Part shown: positions 31,295-40,473 of the stretch, piece by piece | Layout: each line of letters starts with the position of its first letter | How positions within the stretch are numbered: position 1 is the stretch's first letter | DNA from: an uncultured Candidatus Binatia bacterium | GTDB lineage: Bacteria; Desulfobacterota; Binatia; UBA9968; JAJDTQ01 | Assembly (NCBI GenBank): GCA_965242525.1 | Contig: OZ251459.1 | Location: forward strand, 2,624,001-2,688,000 | Direction: 5' to 3' | Length of the DNA stretch: 64,000 nucleotides | Translations under genes and position numbers: made by a program | The notes under the pieces: generated by a model | Database searches by the model: none | Seen by the model: only the letters and a program-made list of their open reading frames with translations | Told to the model about the DNA's origin: nothing

Positions 31295-31790
31295 CGACGA
31301 TCTCCGGGAAGATGTCCCGCCGGGGGGCATGGGCCTTGCGCCATACCATGACGCTGCGGACGTAGTCGATGACCACCTTGCCTTCCTGCTGCACCCCCCG
31401 GGTGCGGACCTTGACGATGCCCCACTGGGGCTTCGACTTGGAGTCGCGCTTCTCCAGGACCTCGGACTCGGAGTAGAGGGTGTCCCCGGCGAACAGCGGG
31501 TTGGGCAGCCGGATCCGGTCCCAGCCCAGGGCGAACCCGTTCTCGCTCACGTCCGCCACCCCCATGCCGGCCACGATGGCCAGGGTCAGCGCGCTGTTGA
31601 CGAGGCACTTGCCGAACTCGGTCCGCTTGCCGTACTCGTTGTTGAAGTGGATCTGGTTCGTGTTGTTGGTGAGCAGCGTGAACCAGATGTTGTCGTTCTC
31701 CGTCACCGTGCGCCCCACCCGGCACCGGTACACGTCGCCGACGGCGAAATCCTCGAAATAGCGTCCTTCCCAGCCTGTCTTGACTGCCAT
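31284..31790 (-). CDS. MaoC-family dehydratase
   Basis: GRYFEDFAVGD, RTVTENDN.WFTLLTNN..QIH, LGW..IRL..PLFAGDT; overlaps the CoA-transferase. Confidence 0.9.
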   Translation of the reverse strand: MAVKTGWEGRYFEDFAVGDVYRCRVGRTVTENDNIWFTLLTNNTNQIHFNNEYGKRTEFGKCLVNSALTLAIVAGMGVADVSENGFALGWDRIRLPNPLFAGDTLYSESEVLEKRDSKSKPQWGIVKVRTRGVQQEGKVVIDYVRSVMVWRKAHAPRRDIFPEIVDGE

Positions 31791-31847
31791 GGGGGCCTCC
31801 TCGATCCAGGGAACGTCTGACCCATACCGGCTTGGGCACGAACCGGC

Positions 31848-32394
31848 AACATGGTTTACACGGCAAGGCGTATGGTACAAACCGGGAGCATGACTTACAA
31901 TGGGCGGAACCCCGGCCCCGAAGAACAGGGCCGCCCGGACTGGCCGACCGGGCCAGGGAGCCGCCCGGGAGAAGGAAGAGGACGCTGATGACGACTTGCG
32001 CCACCGCCACCCCTGAAACCGTGCGCCGTGTCCGCCGGCGTCCCTGACCGGCAGGGAGAATCCGCCATGGCCGCCCTCAGCCGCCCGGACGCCGAGCTTG
32101 CCGCCAAGATCGACCTCAAGCAGGAGATCGCTGCGTTCAAGGCCAATCTCAAGCAGGAGTTCGCTGCATTCAAGGCCGATCTCGCGCAGGATCTCAGGGC
32201 GGTCAGGGTTGCCATCGCTGCGGTCAGGGCTGACATCGCTGTCTCTCGGTCTGAGCGGGAGGCCGCCCTCAACGCCGCCGTTCGCAAGATAGTGTTCGGT
32301 CAAATTGCCGTCGCCGTTTGGCTCTTCGTCGCCATCAAGTGGTTTTAGTGGACTTTCCCTCCTTGCCCGTACCCCTTGCCGTGTAAACAATGTT
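31848..32394. repeat. 25-bp inverted repeat pair flanking a small coiled-coil gene
   Basis: AACATGGTTTACACGGCAAGGCGTA (31848-31872) vs TACCCCTTGCCGTGTAAACAATGTT (32370-32394), 2 mismatches. Confidence 0.75.
32067..32348 (+). CDS. DUF1640/CCDC90-like coiled-coil protein with C-terminal TM helix
   Basis: 11-residue repeats LKQEIAAFKAN/LKQEFAAFKAD; hydrophobic C-terminus; GGGAG RBS. Confidence 0.65.
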   Translation: MAALSRPDAELAAKIDLKQEIAAFKANLKQEFAAFKADLAQDLRAVRVAIAAVRADIAVSRSEREAALNAAVRKIVFGQIAVAVWLFVAIKWF

Positions 32395-32473
32395 CCAGGT
32401 CTGTACCGATCTATTAGACACCATCGGCATTCTGTGCTACAGAAGCAGGTGGTTAGACAAGGAGAAAAAAAAC

Positions 32474-33325
32474 ATGGAATATCAGGTAGCCTTATCTTTT
32501 GCTGGTGAACAACGGTGCTATGTTGGCAAGGTAGCAAGGTCTCTTCAGGAGCAAGGCATCAGTGTATTCTACGATGAATTCGAAGAGGTATCTCTTTGGG
32601 GAGAGTCCCTTATCGAGAAATTTAAAAAGGTATATGCCGAAGATGCTTCATTTGTCGTGATGTTTATTTCCAAAGAATATGTCAAAAAATCATGGCCATC
32701 TCACGAGGGACGTTTGGCTCTAAATTGTGCGGTCCAGGAAAAGACAAATTTTGTTCTGCCGGTTCGATTTGACAACACACCGGTTCCTGGATTGCCAGAA
32801 GACATTGGCTTCGTAAATGCCGAGGAACATTCGCCAGCGGAACTTGCGGCGATGGTTGCCGAGAAGCTTGGCATAAAGCCTTTCGAGGGCAAAGCATCCC
32901 AGGGGCCGCCGCCACAAGAGGTTTCGCCGACTGGCGAGATTGAGTTCGACTACAGCAGGTATAACGGTCGCTACATTATCGGCTCTGGACAAGTGAAATT
33001 CGAGACGGAATGGACCAGGGCGAGTAATACATGTATTCATGTGTACAACGATCCTGAGTCTATCAATGGTGTTGCGCTTGCCTCTGAGTTCAGATCCATT
33101 GGAGAAGTGAAGGACGCCAGTTCATTGGACTACACGTCGCGTGCGCATTCTCCTTGTCTCGGACAGATCGTCGTATGGCGTAACGTAAACGGCTTCTACG
33201 CTGCTGTTCAGGTGCTTGAAATCAAGGACTCTACGCGTGGGGATGACAGAGACGAAGTTCGTTTCCGATACGCCATTCAGTCCAATGGTTCAGATAGTTT
33301 CGCCGAATTCCAGGGCAACGAGTAA
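32474..33325 (+). CDS. TIR-domain protein with uncharacterised C-terminal beta domain
   Basis: YQVALSFAGE.R, VFYDEF...LWG, VVMFISKEY..K.W..HE, VLPVRFD; AT-richer. Confidence 0.88.
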   Translation: MEYQVALSFAGEQRCYVGKVARSLQEQGISVFYDEFEEVSLWGESLIEKFKKVYAEDASFVVMFISKEYVKKSWPSHEGRLALNCAVQEKTNFVLPVRFDNTPVPGLPEDIGFVNAEEHSPAELAAMVAEKLGIKPFEGKASQGPPPQEVSPTGEIEFDYSRYNGRYIIGSGQVKFETEWTRASNTCIHVYNDPESINGVALASEFRSIGEVKDASSLDYTSRAHSPCLGQIVVWRNVNGFYAAVQVLEIKDSTRGDDRDEVRFRYAIQSNGSDSFAEFQGNE

Positions 33326-33391
33326 TATGCAACATCGAATCAGATGGCGAGTTCGCCGTTCATCTATCCGTGAGTGCGATCGTCGATGGGC

Positions 33392-34696
33392 CTACAGGTC
33401 CTTCACCCGTATGTTCTCTTTGCGCAACAACTTCGGGTCGGCTTTGGGTTTCTCCAAGGTCTTCTCGGCTGATCGCGCCCTAGTCGGATTAAGCATTGCA
33501 TCCTTTACGCGCTTCGCCGTCGCCAGGCCAATCGGAGACCACGATACCGCAACCACAGCGACCCGTTGACCATTTGCCGGATGCGGTACAACCCACCGGC
33601 CTACGATGGAGAGACCCGTTAGCGTCACGGCCTTCGCCTGTGACTCCAGTTTTTCGACGAACTGGCTCCCAACGGCTCCGCTGATCGACGCGTCGGCGTA
33701 TTCGATGGCGATTTCGCTACCTTCCTCCGAGGTCTCCGACCTCACCACCTCACCGACAAATCCCCTTATCGATCCCTTGGCTCGGAGTTCAGCGCGGCGC
33801 AGTGCTGCTTCTTCCGCGCGGGAGCGACGACTTGGCGACGCCTTGCGGGGCGCTGCCTGCCCAAAACCGATGAAAACCTGATCTCCATTTTCATCTGTCA
33901 GTTTGTGGACCCCCCAACTCGCAGCTATCGACTCCTTTTGCTTCGGCAACCAGTCTGCAATCCGTACACCGGCCTGTCCCTTGTTCCTGGGTGCGTGCCC
34001 GTCCGCGATGGCCCGCGCCGCGACCTCCAGTCTGGGGCTCCAAACCAAACCCACCAGAACCTCGTATGAGTTCCCCTCCTCGACCGGCCCCTCCAGCACC
34101 TCCAAGGGAAGTGCACCGGATATGTGGCTTGACGCTACTTCTCGAATTTGCCGCTTGAAAGCTCCTCGAAATGCCTGTTCCTTCTCTTTTCGACTACCGT
34201 ACCTACTCGGATCGTAATCCGAGTCAATCTTCTCAAGTTCTCGGTCGAGCGTCGCTTCGGTGAGGTCTTTCAGTTTCCTGGAAATCCTATCGGTCTGCTT
34301 CAGACGCTGAAGAGCTTCGCCTTGGCCCGTCGACCATTGAGCGTTTTCCAGCGCCTGGTAGGAGTTGTTCTGCTCGATGGAAGCTCCCAAAAATTTCACC
34401 AGCTCTGTTTTCGCCCTGAGAAACGCGATGTCATACGCTACACTGCGAGATTCATGGAAACCTGGATGATCAAGAGGAAAATCCACTGTCTTCCGGCCAC
34501 TGGCTACGAAAATATCCCGTTCGTTAGCCCCCTCTCGAAGACGCTTTTCGTCGAGACCCTTCTCCCACTCTGCCATCAGACCAGGGCTATACATTCCGAC
34601 ATGCTGGTTGTCCGCCTCGTCGGCTGCCATCGCCGACCATAGAGACCCAAACAGTAAAACCGACACAACGAAAGCCCCGGTCAAGTTCTTGTTCAT
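33392..34696 (-). CDS. Secreted protein (LPP20/DUF6844-like)
   Basis: Signal peptide (..SAMA); SRSVAYDIAFLRAKTELVKFLG and AELRAKGSIRGFV LPP20-like helices. Confidence 0.6.
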   Translation of the reverse strand: MNKNLTGAFVVSVLLFGSLWSAMAADEADNQHVGMYSPGLMAEWEKGLDEKRLREGANERDIFVASGRKTVDFPLDHPGFHESRSVAYDIAFLRAKTELVKFLGASIEQNNSYQALENAQWSTGQGEALQRLKQTDRISRKLKDLTEATLDRELEKIDSDYDPSRYGSRKEKEQAFRGAFKRQIREVASSHISGALPLEVLEGPVEEGNSYEVLVGLVWSPRLEVAARAIADGHAPRNKGQAGVRIADWLPKQKESIAASWGVHKLTDENGDQVFIGFGQAAPRKASPSRRSRAEEAALRRAELRAKGSIRGFVGEVVRSETSEEGSEIAIEYADASISGAVGSQFVEKLESQAKAVTLTGLSIVGRWVVPHPANGQRVAVVAVSWSPIGLATAKRVKDAMLNPTRARSAEKTLEKPKADPKLLRKENIRVKDL

Positions 34697-35133
34697 CGTT
34701 CATCCTCCTTTATCGCGCCACATACCAGGTTGCCTACTTCCCTGGACAGTTCGTTGGAGTAAGACAACGTGTAAACGAACAGCAGTCTTGACCCCGCCGC
34801 CTTCCGTGATCGACGCACCATGTTCCGCAGGAAGCCGGCGGTCTTGGATGAACGCTTGATCTCCACGACCGTAGCCCCATCCTCATTTGACTCCATAGCC
34901 GTCGTCCCCACTGTCTCTGTGCCAAACAGGTGTTCCACCAGAAGTTGCTGTGCCCGACTTCGCGCTCGTCGCGTCTGCACGGCCAAATGCCGCCCTGACG
35001 CCATCTCCACAGTTACGTAATAGTCTGCCCCCGCAGGGCATAATCGTTGCTCCACTGCGGGTCGAACCCCGAAGGGCGCTGCAGATGCCATACCGACGAT
35101 TCCCAATCCAATGAGTATGGGGATACATCTCAT
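34693..35133 (-). CDS. Small secreted hypothetical protein
   Basis: Signal peptide (..MASA); ATGA overlaps on both sides. Confidence 0.65.
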   Translation of the reverse strand: MRCIPILIGLGIVGMASAAPFGVRPAVEQRLCPAGADYYVTVEMASGRHLAVQTRRARSRAQQLLVEHLFGTETVGTTAMESNEDGATVVEIKRSSKTAGFLRNMVRRSRKAAGSRLLFVYTLSYSNELSREVGNLVCGAIKEDER

Positions 35134-36146
35134 TTGGCTAACATCCCGAGGTTGCGCTGAAGGTCGTGCAGCGCTATGGCTCCGACTAGTCCGAAACCCT
35201 CGTGGAAAAATTCGCGACGGGCGACTTGCTTATCATTTGCGCTCTTGACGAGGCCTTGGGATTCATATGGTTGACGAAACGACCGGCAATCACCACTGTG
35301 GGTATCACAGATCTTGATTTGGAATATTGCCTTCGCTTCGAATCTTTCACCCGTAACCAATTGAGGCGGATCTCCACAGGAATCGGCGCTGCTGACCAGG
35401 GCTGCGACGATTCCCAGGATCGCCAGGCCCTGCTCAAGCGATCCCTTTTGTTGGCCGGGGCTTTGGTAGTGTTGGTTCTGTTGGTTACGAGTTTGAGCAC
35501 GTTGCTCCTTCTTCTGAACGCAGTCCTTGTGCGCCTGTACTTCATTGATGTTGGTATAATTGCGTACTGAGATATTCTCCGAAAACACCTGCCCCAGCAG
35601 TTTGTATGCGGCCTCGTCGGCACGCAGCTCGCCTGGCCGCACCAACTGAATTCGATCTGTCGGACTGTGGAATCGAGACTGCATCCATTCGATAATTCCG
35701 TGCGCCTCTGACCTGACCTCCTCGATCCGAACGTACCAGACTTGGTCCGCAGGAGTTACGCAAACGTTCACGCGCATCGTGATCCTCAACGTCTCTCGAC
35801 TGCCAATCCGTCCAGGTGTTCTTTCCAGTATTTCGTGTGACGTGACCGTACCGCGGAACCGCTGTGAGGTGTCGGACTTGAAGCTGATGTCGTCGTTGCG
35901 GATACTCTCGCTACTTTTGCTCAACACCCGCGTGGTCGTGACCTGTTCCACCGCCAATCTGCGGCCATTTGCTATCAGTCTCGACATCAGGTCCGTAAGG
36001 GAAGTGTCGTCTACGTATTCTTCCGGATGGACCGTCACACTGGTTACATCGTCACAGATACGGCTGTCTGCCGACAAGGCTGGCCGCTCACCAAACGAAA
36101 CCAGGCAGAAAAGGCACATGACACTGGCGCGTATTATGCGTTCCAT
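35130..36146 (-). CDS. Secreted protein with FlgT-N/LPP20-like N-terminal domain
   Basis: Signal peptide; RRLAVEQV..V.S...G.V...EIL pattern; GAGGAGGG RBS. Confidence 0.6.
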   Translation of the reverse strand: MERIIRASVMCLFCLVSFGERPALSADSRICDDVTSVTVHPEEYVDDTSLTDLMSRLIANGRRLAVEQVTTTRVLSKSSESIRNDDISFKSDTSQRFRGTVTSHEILERTPGRIGSRETLRITMRVNVCVTPADQVWYVRIEEVRSEAHGIIEWMQSRFHSPTDRIQLVRPGELRADEAAYKLLGQVFSENISVRNYTNINEVQAHKDCVQKKEQRAQTRNQQNQHYQSPGQQKGSLEQGLAILGIVAALVSSADSCGDPPQLVTGERFEAKAIFQIKICDTHSGDCRSFRQPYESQGLVKSANDKQVARREFFHEGFGLVGAIALHDLQRNLGMLAK

Positions 36147-36278
36147 GGCGCTCCCTCCTCGGATTTCCTACCGATGTACCCATACCTTGCGACCGTTGAG
36201 CGCGTCAAGCAGTGGGTGGTAGAGGGACTGAAGGAGGTCTCTCCAAGGAGCGGAGTAGTCCGAGGGAACCACTCGAGG

Positions 36279-39161
36279 TCAGGCCGTGGCTGCGAGGATG
36301 GCGGCGATGCGGCGAGCGGTATCGGTGAAGTGCTGGACCTCCTCCGGCCGCAGCGGGCGTCCGAGGACGTCGCGTTCGCGGTAGGAAAGCCATTTCTTGA
36401 GGACCTGGTAGCCGCCGAGCTGGTAGCTCCAGACCGCGGCGGGGACGTTGCGCCAGAAGGCGCGGGCGTTCAGGTACACGTCCAACGTCGTGTTGCCGAG
36501 GGCGGGGAGCGCGTCGCCCATGGCGGCGCGTTCGTCCGGCGCAAGGGCGCGTTCGATTATGCGGCCCTGACCGGGCATGACCGTGCCGCCGTTTTCGTAA
36601 TGGCCCCAGCCGACGGTGAGGGCGAAGTCGTCGCCGGTCATGTTGCGCCCGTCCGTGGTGGCAGGCACGGCGACGGCGGCTATCTCCGGGCGCAATGCGC
36701 CGGTGGTGACTTCGGGGACCGGCGTATCGGGACCGAGCAGGGCCGCGAGTTGGCGGCCCCGGGCCGCTGATCGGGCGAGGGTTTCCGCCGCTTGCCGATC
36801 CGGGGATGCGGGACTGCGTTGGGATGCGGGCGAAACGCCCGTGGCGCCGGGGGCGGACCAACCGGGAAGCGGGATGCGCGGCCACTCCATGCGGAGCGCC
36901 CCGGCGTTGGCCTCGCGGTAAGCGGGGTCGTGGAGGGTTGCCAGGACGTGGTGGAACAGGTCCTCGACGCCGAGACCGTGGCGTTTGAGGTAGCGTTGCG
37001 CCGTGCCCGAGAGATTGGGGCGGCGGCCGCCGTCTTCGTTGTCGTCGCGGAGCCATGCGGGGATGCATGTTGCGCCTCGGTCCATGAGATCGAGGCAACC
37101 GATATGCGGGATCGCTTGTGGCGGCGACCATTCCCGGCGAGGTTTCTGCTGCGTCACCAGCCATGCGTTCCTCTCGAATACATGGGATGGGTAGTCGGCG
37201 CGCGGACGGTCGAGCAGCCCGCCATCCGCCTCCCAATACAGCCATCGGTTGTCGAACGGCCGGTAGGCAAAACGAACGAAGCCGTCTTCGTTCGGCCCGC
37301 CGCGGGAAAGCAACGCCTCGCGCACCGCGCGGGCGTCGAAGCCATCCGTCGTCTTCATCGCCGCGGGATGGCGCCGGGTGATCTCCTCGTGGCTCGAACC
37401 CGGATCGAAATAGTCCCTGATCCGCGCTTGCAACAGGTCGAGGTCGGTATCGACGAGGAACGGGTCCCGGCTGGTCTTGACCCCCGGGAACGACACCGGG
37501 AACAGGTCGGGCAACGACGGCCAGTCGAACCAGTCCTTGCTGACCGACGTTTGCATGAAGGGGAGGCCAAGGGGCAGGACCGGATGCACTTCTTCGTACA
37601 GGTGGTCCGGTTCCGCCTCTGCTGTCGCGAGCAACTCCTGCCGCTTCGCCTGCCCCCACAGATGGCGGAAGCCGATGGCCTTTGCCGGGGCGTGGTCGCC
37701 CTTGCGCACCAGCGTCGTGATCGCCGTCCCCACCTGGATGCCCACCGGCCCTCCCTCGGTCGAGAAGATGCTCGGGTCCGGCGTCCCGTCCGGCGCTACC
37801 TTCCCGGTCTTGTACTTGTCCCCGTTCAGGCAGTCGATGCGCACCGCGTCGAAGGCGTCCAGGTAGCGTTCCCGCATTCCCGTGAACGCCAAGCCGTCGA
37901 GCCAGGAGTAGTTGGAGATGAAGCAGACCACGCCCCGGCCCGTCTTCTCCGCAATGCGCCGTTCCGCCATGCGGAAGAAGCGCACGTACAGGTCGTTCAA
38001 CTTTCCCTTGGGCCGCCTTACCCGCTTCGTCCTTCGGTAGGACTCCGAAAGCTCCCGCTCCTCGTTGCCTTCCGGCTCGGGGGCAAAGCCGTTGTAAGGC
38101 GGGTTGCCCAGGATCACCAGGATGGGCCTGTCCTGCTTCACCCGCTCGGCCCGGTCCCGCTCCTCCTCCAGTTCCAGGAAGGGCAAGGGCTTGGTGGTGT
38201 GCGGCTCCCAGCCGGTGAGCGCGTTGGTGAGGAAGACGCCGGGCCGTTCCTCCCCGTCATCCTTCAGGGGCGCGTCCAGGGCTTGCATGGTGAGTCCCAC
38301 CTGAAGGTGAGCCACCACGAAGGGCGCGGGCATGATCTCGAAGCCGAACACCCGCTCGGTGGCCGCCTGCTTCACCCGCGCCCCGACCAGCGCTCCCATC
38401 CCCCGGCCTTCCAGGTTGGCGGCGATGCGGCGCAAGATCTCCGCCAGGTAGGCCCCGGTGCCGCAGCACGGGTCCAACACATAGACGTTCTCCGCGGCCA
38501 GTCCCTCCGGGATGCCCAGGTCGTCCTTCAACGCCCGGTCCGCCCGCGCCACCATGTAGCGCACCACTTCGGAAGGCGTGTACCAGACACCCAACTCTTT
38601 GCGCAGGTCGGGGTCGAATGCCTTGAGGAAGGGTTCGTAGAAATAGGGCACGGCCTCGCCCTCGTCGAAGCGGGCGAAGAAGGCGGCGTGGTCCACCCGG
38701 TCCAGCGCCGCCGCGGTCCAGTCCAGCACTTCCACCAGGCCCAGGGGTTGCAGGCGGCCGGGGTCGGACAACTGCTGGAACAGCGCACGGAGCACCGGCG
38801 CGCGCAGGTGCCATACCGCGGTGCGCCAGTCGAAAGAAGCGGGCGGGACGCCCGCGTTCCCAGGGGGGACGTTGGCAGGGATGTTCGGACTGCCGGCCCT
38901 TGCCCACAGCACCCAGGCCGAGAAGACGCCGTAGAACAGCGTCTGCACCAGGGTCGAACGGAAGAAGCGCACGCCCCGCTCCCCCTCGAAGCGGACGCCC
39001 AACGCCTCTTCCAGTGCCTTGCGCACCAACTCCAACGATGGCGCGTCGCCTGCGGCCTCCACCCGCGCAAGCCCGTCCCGGGCATAGGACGCCAGCAGCC
39101 ACGCCAAATCCTTCGCTGCGGTCATCGTGTCCTTTGTCGCCGAGCGCGGCCTGACATGCAA
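36279..39161 (-). CDS. Type ISP/IIG-like R-M protein (N6-adenine MTase plus C-terminal specificity domain), apparently 5'-truncated
   Basis: GVWYTP, VLDPCCGTG, ILGNPPY, YRPFD, Y.LGGYQVLKKWL..R; begins abruptly next to a REP copy. Confidence 0.8.
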   Translation of the reverse strand: MHVRPRSATKDTMTAAKDLAWLLASYARDGLARVEAAGDAPSLELVRKALEEALGVRFEGERGVRFFRSTLVQTLFYGVFSAWVLWARAGSPNIPANVPPGNAGVPPASFDWRTAVWHLRAPVLRALFQQLSDPGRLQPLGLVEVLDWTAAALDRVDHAAFFARFDEGEAVPYFYEPFLKAFDPDLRKELGVWYTPSEVVRYMVARADRALKDDLGIPEGLAAENVYVLDPCCGTGAYLAEILRRIAANLEGRGMGALVGARVKQAATERVFGFEIMPAPFVVAHLQVGLTMQALDAPLKDDGEERPGVFLTNALTGWEPHTTKPLPFLELEEERDRAERVKQDRPILVILGNPPYNGFAPEPEGNEERELSESYRRTKRVRRPKGKLNDLYVRFFRMAERRIAEKTGRGVVCFISNYSWLDGLAFTGMRERYLDAFDAVRIDCLNGDKYKTGKVAPDGTPDPSIFSTEGGPVGIQVGTAITTLVRKGDHAPAKAIGFRHLWGQAKRQELLATAEAEPDHLYEEVHPVLPLGLPFMQTSVSKDWFDWPSLPDLFPVSFPGVKTSRDPFLVDTDLDLLQARIRDYFDPGSSHEEITRRHPAAMKTTDGFDARAVREALLSRGGPNEDGFVRFAYRPFDNRWLYWEADGGLLDRPRADYPSHVFERNAWLVTQQKPRREWSPPQAIPHIGCLDLMDRGATCIPAWLRDDNEDGGRRPNLSGTAQRYLKRHGLGVEDLFHHVLATLHDPAYREANAGALRMEWPRIPLPGWSAPGATGVSPASQRSPASPDRQAAETLARSAARGRQLAALLGPDTPVPEVTTGALRPEIAAVAVPATTDGRNMTGDDFALTVGWGHYENGGTVMPGQGRIIERALAPDERAAMGDALPALGNTTLDVYLNARAFWRNVPAAVWSYQLGGYQVLKKWLSYRERDVLGRPLRPEEVQHFTDTARRIAAILAATA

Positions 39162-39357
39162 GCGCTACTCATGCCCCGGCCTTCACCTTGGCTTCTTCCA
39201 GAGGGAGAGCGCGTCCTTCGACTTCGCTTCGCTACGCTCAGGACGAACGGGGAGAGGATGGTCAGGGTTAGGGAAGCCCCCCATCCCCCGTCCATGAATC
39301 GATGGAAAGCTGCGATTCGCTGAATCGGACAGGCCCTTGGCCCGGTCACGGGGCGGC

Positions 39358-40200
39358 TCAGGACCCCTTGAACACGATGTCCCCGAAATAGGCGACCGCG
39401 GACTCTCCCGTGTTGTCGGTGTCGGTCATCACGGCCACGCCGGAGATCAGGGGCGGGTCTTCGCCGAAGGCGTTTCGGTAGTCTTGGTAAACGTTCCGCG
39501 ACTCGGTGACCCACTGGCCGACCTTGGCTTCCCCGCTTTGGATGACGATCATCATGGCGCGCTGGGTGTAAGGGTTCGGGACGATGGTTCCCGCGGGGGT
39601 CCTGGCCTCCCAGATGTAGTTGATGGCGCCGAGGGGCGGGTATTGCCCGTGGATGAGGCGGTACGCTTCGTACTGGGTCCTCTCGAAGAAACCGGCCTTG
39701 CTGCTGTCGTATGCGAAGGTGATGTACAACCGGGCCGGGTAGTCGTCGCCGTCCTTCTCCATGACGTTGCCGTTCTTCAGGACGTTCTCGACCTTCCAGC
39801 GCCATTGGACCACGGGATACTGCTTCGGGTCGATGCTCACGGCCCGGGTCAGGCCGGAGGCCGCGGCCCGGCTCACGGCCTTGAGGACCACCGTCCCGTG
39901 GTCCTCCACCAGAGAGTACTCCGTGTGCTTCTCGATCTTCTCGAAGGTCAGGGGCTGCCAGGAATCAGGGTGGGGTCCACCGGCTTTCGCGCTTGAGAAC
40001 TTCCCGACTTCCAGGGTGGCCGGCGGTTCTTCCCGGAGGTTCGGCACCCCTTGGGACGAGGGCGTCCCGCCCGTCCCCGTACCTTCCAGGGCGGGCGGCG
40101 TTTGTCCGAGGAGGTTTGGCGCAGACAGGGCAAGGATCAGGCATACCGCGGCGGACCCGACGAGAGACCCGGGGACCGTATGCCTGGCTGGACGACCCAT
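39358..40200 (-). CDS. DUF3047 exported protein
   Basis: Signal peptide; WRWKV, DDYPARLY, INYIW, W....RNV..DY..AFGE, MTDTDNT. Confidence 0.85.
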   Translation of the reverse strand: MGRPARHTVPGSLVGSAAVCLILALSAPNLLGQTPPALEGTGTGGTPSSQGVPNLREEPPATLEVGKFSSAKAGGPHPDSWQPLTFEKIEKHTEYSLVEDHGTVVLKAVSRAAASGLTRAVSIDPKQYPVVQWRWKVENVLKNGNVMEKDGDDYPARLYITFAYDSSKAGFFERTQYEAYRLIHGQYPPLGAINYIWEARTPAGTIVPNPYTQRAMMIVIQSGEAKVGQWVTESRNVYQDYRNAFGEDPPLISGVAVMTDTDNTGESAVAYFGDIVFKGS

Positions 40201-40272
40201 GCGATACCTCCTCGTCGCCGGACAACGCCGGAATTGGTCTGGGCAATCCTTGCCCTACAGCCTTTGCCTATG

Positions 40273-40473
40273 GGAACCTCTGAACAATCGAGACATCCAG
40301 TTCCCGATTCCCTCACCCTGACGCCCCTATTCCCGTTCGTCCTGAGCGTAGCGAAGCGGAGTCCCCCATTCATCCTGAGCGTAGCGAAGCAGAGTCCCCC
40401 GTTCATCCTGAGCGTAGCGAAGCGGAGTCGAAGGACGCGCTCATGCCCTCTGTCCCGGTTGTTCAGAGTTTCC
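40273..40473. mobile_element. MITE family A copy with three REP units
   Basis: GGAACCTCTGAACAATCG...CGGTTGTTCAGAGTTTCC flanked by TATG duplication. Confidence 0.8.
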
